A stretch of 64,000 bases of DNA. Origin: the human T2T-CHM13v2.0 reference genome, Homo sapiens. Made by a program: the position numbers and the translations under genes. Positions 59,501 through 64,000 of this stretch are shown piece after piece. The stretch lies in the NCBI RefSeq assembly GCF_009914755.1, contig NC_060946.1; one strand, given 5' to 3'. How positions within the stretch are numbered: position 1 is the first letter of the stretch; the number at the start of each line of letters is the position of its first letter. The notes under the pieces are model-generated. The model saw only the letters and a list, made by a program, of their open reading frames with translations, searched no databases and was not told where the DNA came from.

Positions 59501-60648
59501 TTCACATCTGCCAAGAACCTGGGACTGAATCCTGGAACACAGTCTACAAGTCTCCCATCCCAGGTCTAAAATGGGAAGGTGGACAGGGGAGGAAGCCGAG
59601 AGAGGGTCACCCCCGCCCTCCCCTTCCACCCTGGAAGAGGCAAAGGGGTGCTCCCTTACCCACGTTTTGTTGATTGGACAGTTGAATTCAGAGAGGTTGC
59701 CCGATGGACCAGAAGAAACACAGCCAGGAAGAAGCCGTGGTAGCCCAGAGCAGGAGCCCCTGAGGCCCGTGCTCCTCCCTCAGGCTTGTGGGGCTCAGTC
59801 CAGTCCCGCGCCCTCCTCTCCAGGGAGCAGCCAGGCTGGGTTCACAGCGCTCTTGCTCCAGTCCACAGTCTCTGCTGGGTTTGGGCGAGTGCAAGGCACA
59901 GTGGCCCAGAATCCCAGCTCCCAAATCCCATGAGCTTTGCCACGGCTCAAGCTTCTGGGCCCATCTGGAAACGATGCTGCCGGCCTTACGGGGTGCCTGT
60001 GGGGTTCATGGGCCGGCGTTTGAAGAGGCAGTGGTGGTAGGGGCCCGGAGAGCAGGGCTGGGGCTGGTCCCTGTGGGACGGTCACCCCCAGAGGAAAGGT
60101 GTGGAAGGCACAGGTGGACTCTCATGGGGCTCTCAAATCACCCGAGATGAAGGTTCAGTGCAGTCCCCAGGCACAGACCCCAGAGATCCTGACTGGGAGG
60201 TCTGGCGTGGGGCCCCAAAAGGTGTAATTTTCCCCAGCACTGCAGGTGTGGGGTCCGAAGCAGGTGGTCCGTGCACGGCACTCAAGGCCTTGGTCCAGCG
60301 TCAGTGCGGGGTTCGTGCAGCAGCCACATGGGCTGACTGCCGCTGGCCCTGGGAAGACAGGGCAGGATGAGGCTGGGCATCCCCCTGGGCTTGGGACACA
60401 GAGGGAACACACGGATGTAGGGTGTGAGCCTACAGTGCATCCTCTGCTCCCCAAAGTGTGCCACCATTCAACATAAAGCCCGTTGCATTTGCTGTCCACG
60501 CAGCCTTCAGTGAACCTGTCTATGGGCACACTCTCAGAATCAACAAATTACGGGGCTCGAAATCAAAATCCGCCTCTTCCCCCTATACCAGAAAGGCCTG
60601 TCTGTGCCCAAATGTTGAGGGAAATGGATCTGCCTTGACCCTTTCCTT

Positions 60649-60890
60649 TGGCGCGATCTCAGCTCACTGCAACCTCTGCCTCCAGGTTCAAGTGATTCTC
60701 TTGCCTCAGCCTCCTGAGGAGCTGGGACCACAGGTGCGCACCACCACACCCAGCTAATTTTTGTATTTTTAGTAGAGACGGGATTTCGTCTTGTTGGCCA
60801 GGCTGGTCTCGAACTCCTGGCCTCATGTGATCCACATGCCTCCGTCTCCCAAAGTGCTGGGATTACAGGCATGAGCCACCGCGCCTGGCC
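60649..60890 (-). mobile_element. AluS lacking its 3' end and tail
   Basis: Begins at ggcgcgatctcagctcactgc. Confidence 0.9.
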
Positions 60891-62345
60891 ACCCTCTCCT
60901 TTCAATGAAACGCTTTTACCTTGGTTTACAGACTCAGATGAGATACTTCCCATCTGTTCATAAAGGGAACAGATTCTGACTTGTGTTCTAATCTTGAGTA
61001 CCAAAAACTCCCCTAGAAGGGAGCTCTGCATTTTCAGAGGCTCACCCACGTGCCCATGTAGGGTCTGAGAAAGGTCCTGCATGGGTGAGTGATTTAGGGA
61101 CAGGCGGTAAACTGAGGAAGTGACACAAAGCCTCCTGCACAGAGATCCCACATTCTACCTGGTATTACTCCCATTCTCTGCACTGCTGACAGCTCTCAAA
61201 CAGATTCTTTCCACGAGGAATTAGCCCGCACACAACATGAATGGGCTCGTTTTATATCAGAAGGCTGAATTTTAACTGACAAATTGGACAGGTTCCCTAA
61301 GGCAAGGGTTGCTAAGCTTTGTCATTCTCGCTAAAAATGTGATTTATAATATATTTCTATTTGCTAGACACTCCTTTTCCCAGGAATGAAGACCCAGCCC
61401 AGAAACAGGAGGTCTGCTCAGTATCTTGACCCCATATAAAAATATGCTCCTCAAAAGTTTTCATTAGCATATAAACAGATATGCATCAATCAATCTGCAG
61501 CATGGCCACGTCAGCTTTATTTCATTATGTTTTAATGATATTTTAAGCAGCCAAACTCTTAGAATTCAGGACAGGGCAAGAGTAACCCACAATTTACTTT
61601 AGAATTTTATGTTTTAAAGGAAAGATCTAAGGGTCTGATGAAAGGACTTGTATTTCCTCGGATCTTTTCTTCCACTTTATAAAATAAAAACCATTTTTGT
61701 TGCTTCTTAAGTACTCTGGTATTTACAAATGCAGAATATGTCAGATATTAGAGATCAACCCATACCTTCAGCCAAGTTTCCTCAGAGATCCTTTGTAAAA
61801 AAAAAAACCACACACACAAAAAGTGGGTGAAACCGTCTGACTTCTTAGAAGTCTGAGTTAAAAGTTGCAAACTCATTTTGCCCAAGATAACCAGAAATGC
61901 TCTAAGTGGGCAGAAACAGATTTGATCTCTGTATCTGATTGCTGGCAGAAGTCAAGCAGCCAATTTTTCAACAATGTCTCCATATCATGAAACTTCCTAA
62001 AAATCTTCAAGGGAGTAACCTGAGCTTGTGAAAAATGATCCCGAATGTCAATAGGACAAAGCTTCCCTTCCAAGATATAATTAGGGGAGCTTGGAGCAGG
62101 CCTTTCATATTTGAGTTGACAAGCATCTTTTTTCCTTTGTTCAGTCTGTTCTGGAGGGCTTTAGGAGGGCTTCGCCATTTCTTTGTTAAGAGGAATGGTT
62201 GAAACAAAATTTGTATAAGAGGAATCATTTAAAATTGAATCCATCCAATAGGAATGTTTATTTTACCCAACGTTTTTCTGTGTGAGAATAATACCTGTTT
62301 TTTCTAGGTAATATATGTCTTTTATTTAATCACATGCATATTTAA

Positions 62346-63027
<682 letters not shown>

Positions 63028-63079
63028 CTAAGAAGGCTGATGTAATTGTTAGGCTCCACTGAGAGACGCCTGGTGTCTA

Positions 63080-63769
<690 letters not shown>

Positions 63770-64000
63770 CTAAAGAATGCAGGAAGTTGGGCACACTTAG
63801 CTCGGAATGAATATTTACAGGGAACATTAAAGCTGTTTGTAGGCATCGTACGAAAAAAGTTATTCTGATTGTTTCAGAAGGCTGAGCAAGAACAAACGGG
63901 GCAAACCTGTATTTTGACTAAGGAACAAGGAGACCTTTCTAGAAGAACCGCTCAGCTCCCAGTCCCCAAAGTGTGTATGTTTAGACCGGGCGAGGATCCT

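Noticed and set aside
61873-62228. Two overlapping AT-rich minus-strand ORFs that might be a processed pseudogene
   Set aside because: No recognisable homologue, poly(A) or TSD; a tBLASTn/BLASTx search would be needed

Overview
Primate, almost certainly human, nuclear DNA; nothing prokaryotic. The only supportable coding sequence is the terminal exon of the fibulin-1 D isoform (FBLN1, + strand; 3' splice AG at 19035-19036, CDS 19037-19176, AATAAA at 19840-19845). Bases 1-19036 are therefore FBLN1-D's long last intron and the remainder is downstream DNA (from memory, 22q13.31 towards ATXN10, which is not in the window). The rest is rich in transposed elements: about 45 Alus or Alu fragments, MIR/L2, L1M/L1PA, ERV/MaLR solo LTRs, MER20 and MER91. 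I could not support any other ORF-track ORF as coding. I found no new multi-gene system. The best leads are: (1) an ancient full-length U6 snRNA copy fused in-orientation to an L1 inside ORF1 (U6/L1 chimera); (2) a 7 x 37-bp intronic repeat with a YY1 and an ETS motif in every unit; (3) several local templated-copy scars (an 83-bp inverted insertion with a foldback hairpin, a ~115-bp inverted duplication, a 208-bp spaced direct duplication, an Alu with its 3' end flipped); (4) two different ERV1 LTRs inserted at the same position of two AluJ elements. Repeat family names come from recalled consensus sequences, and repeat boundaries are approximate.
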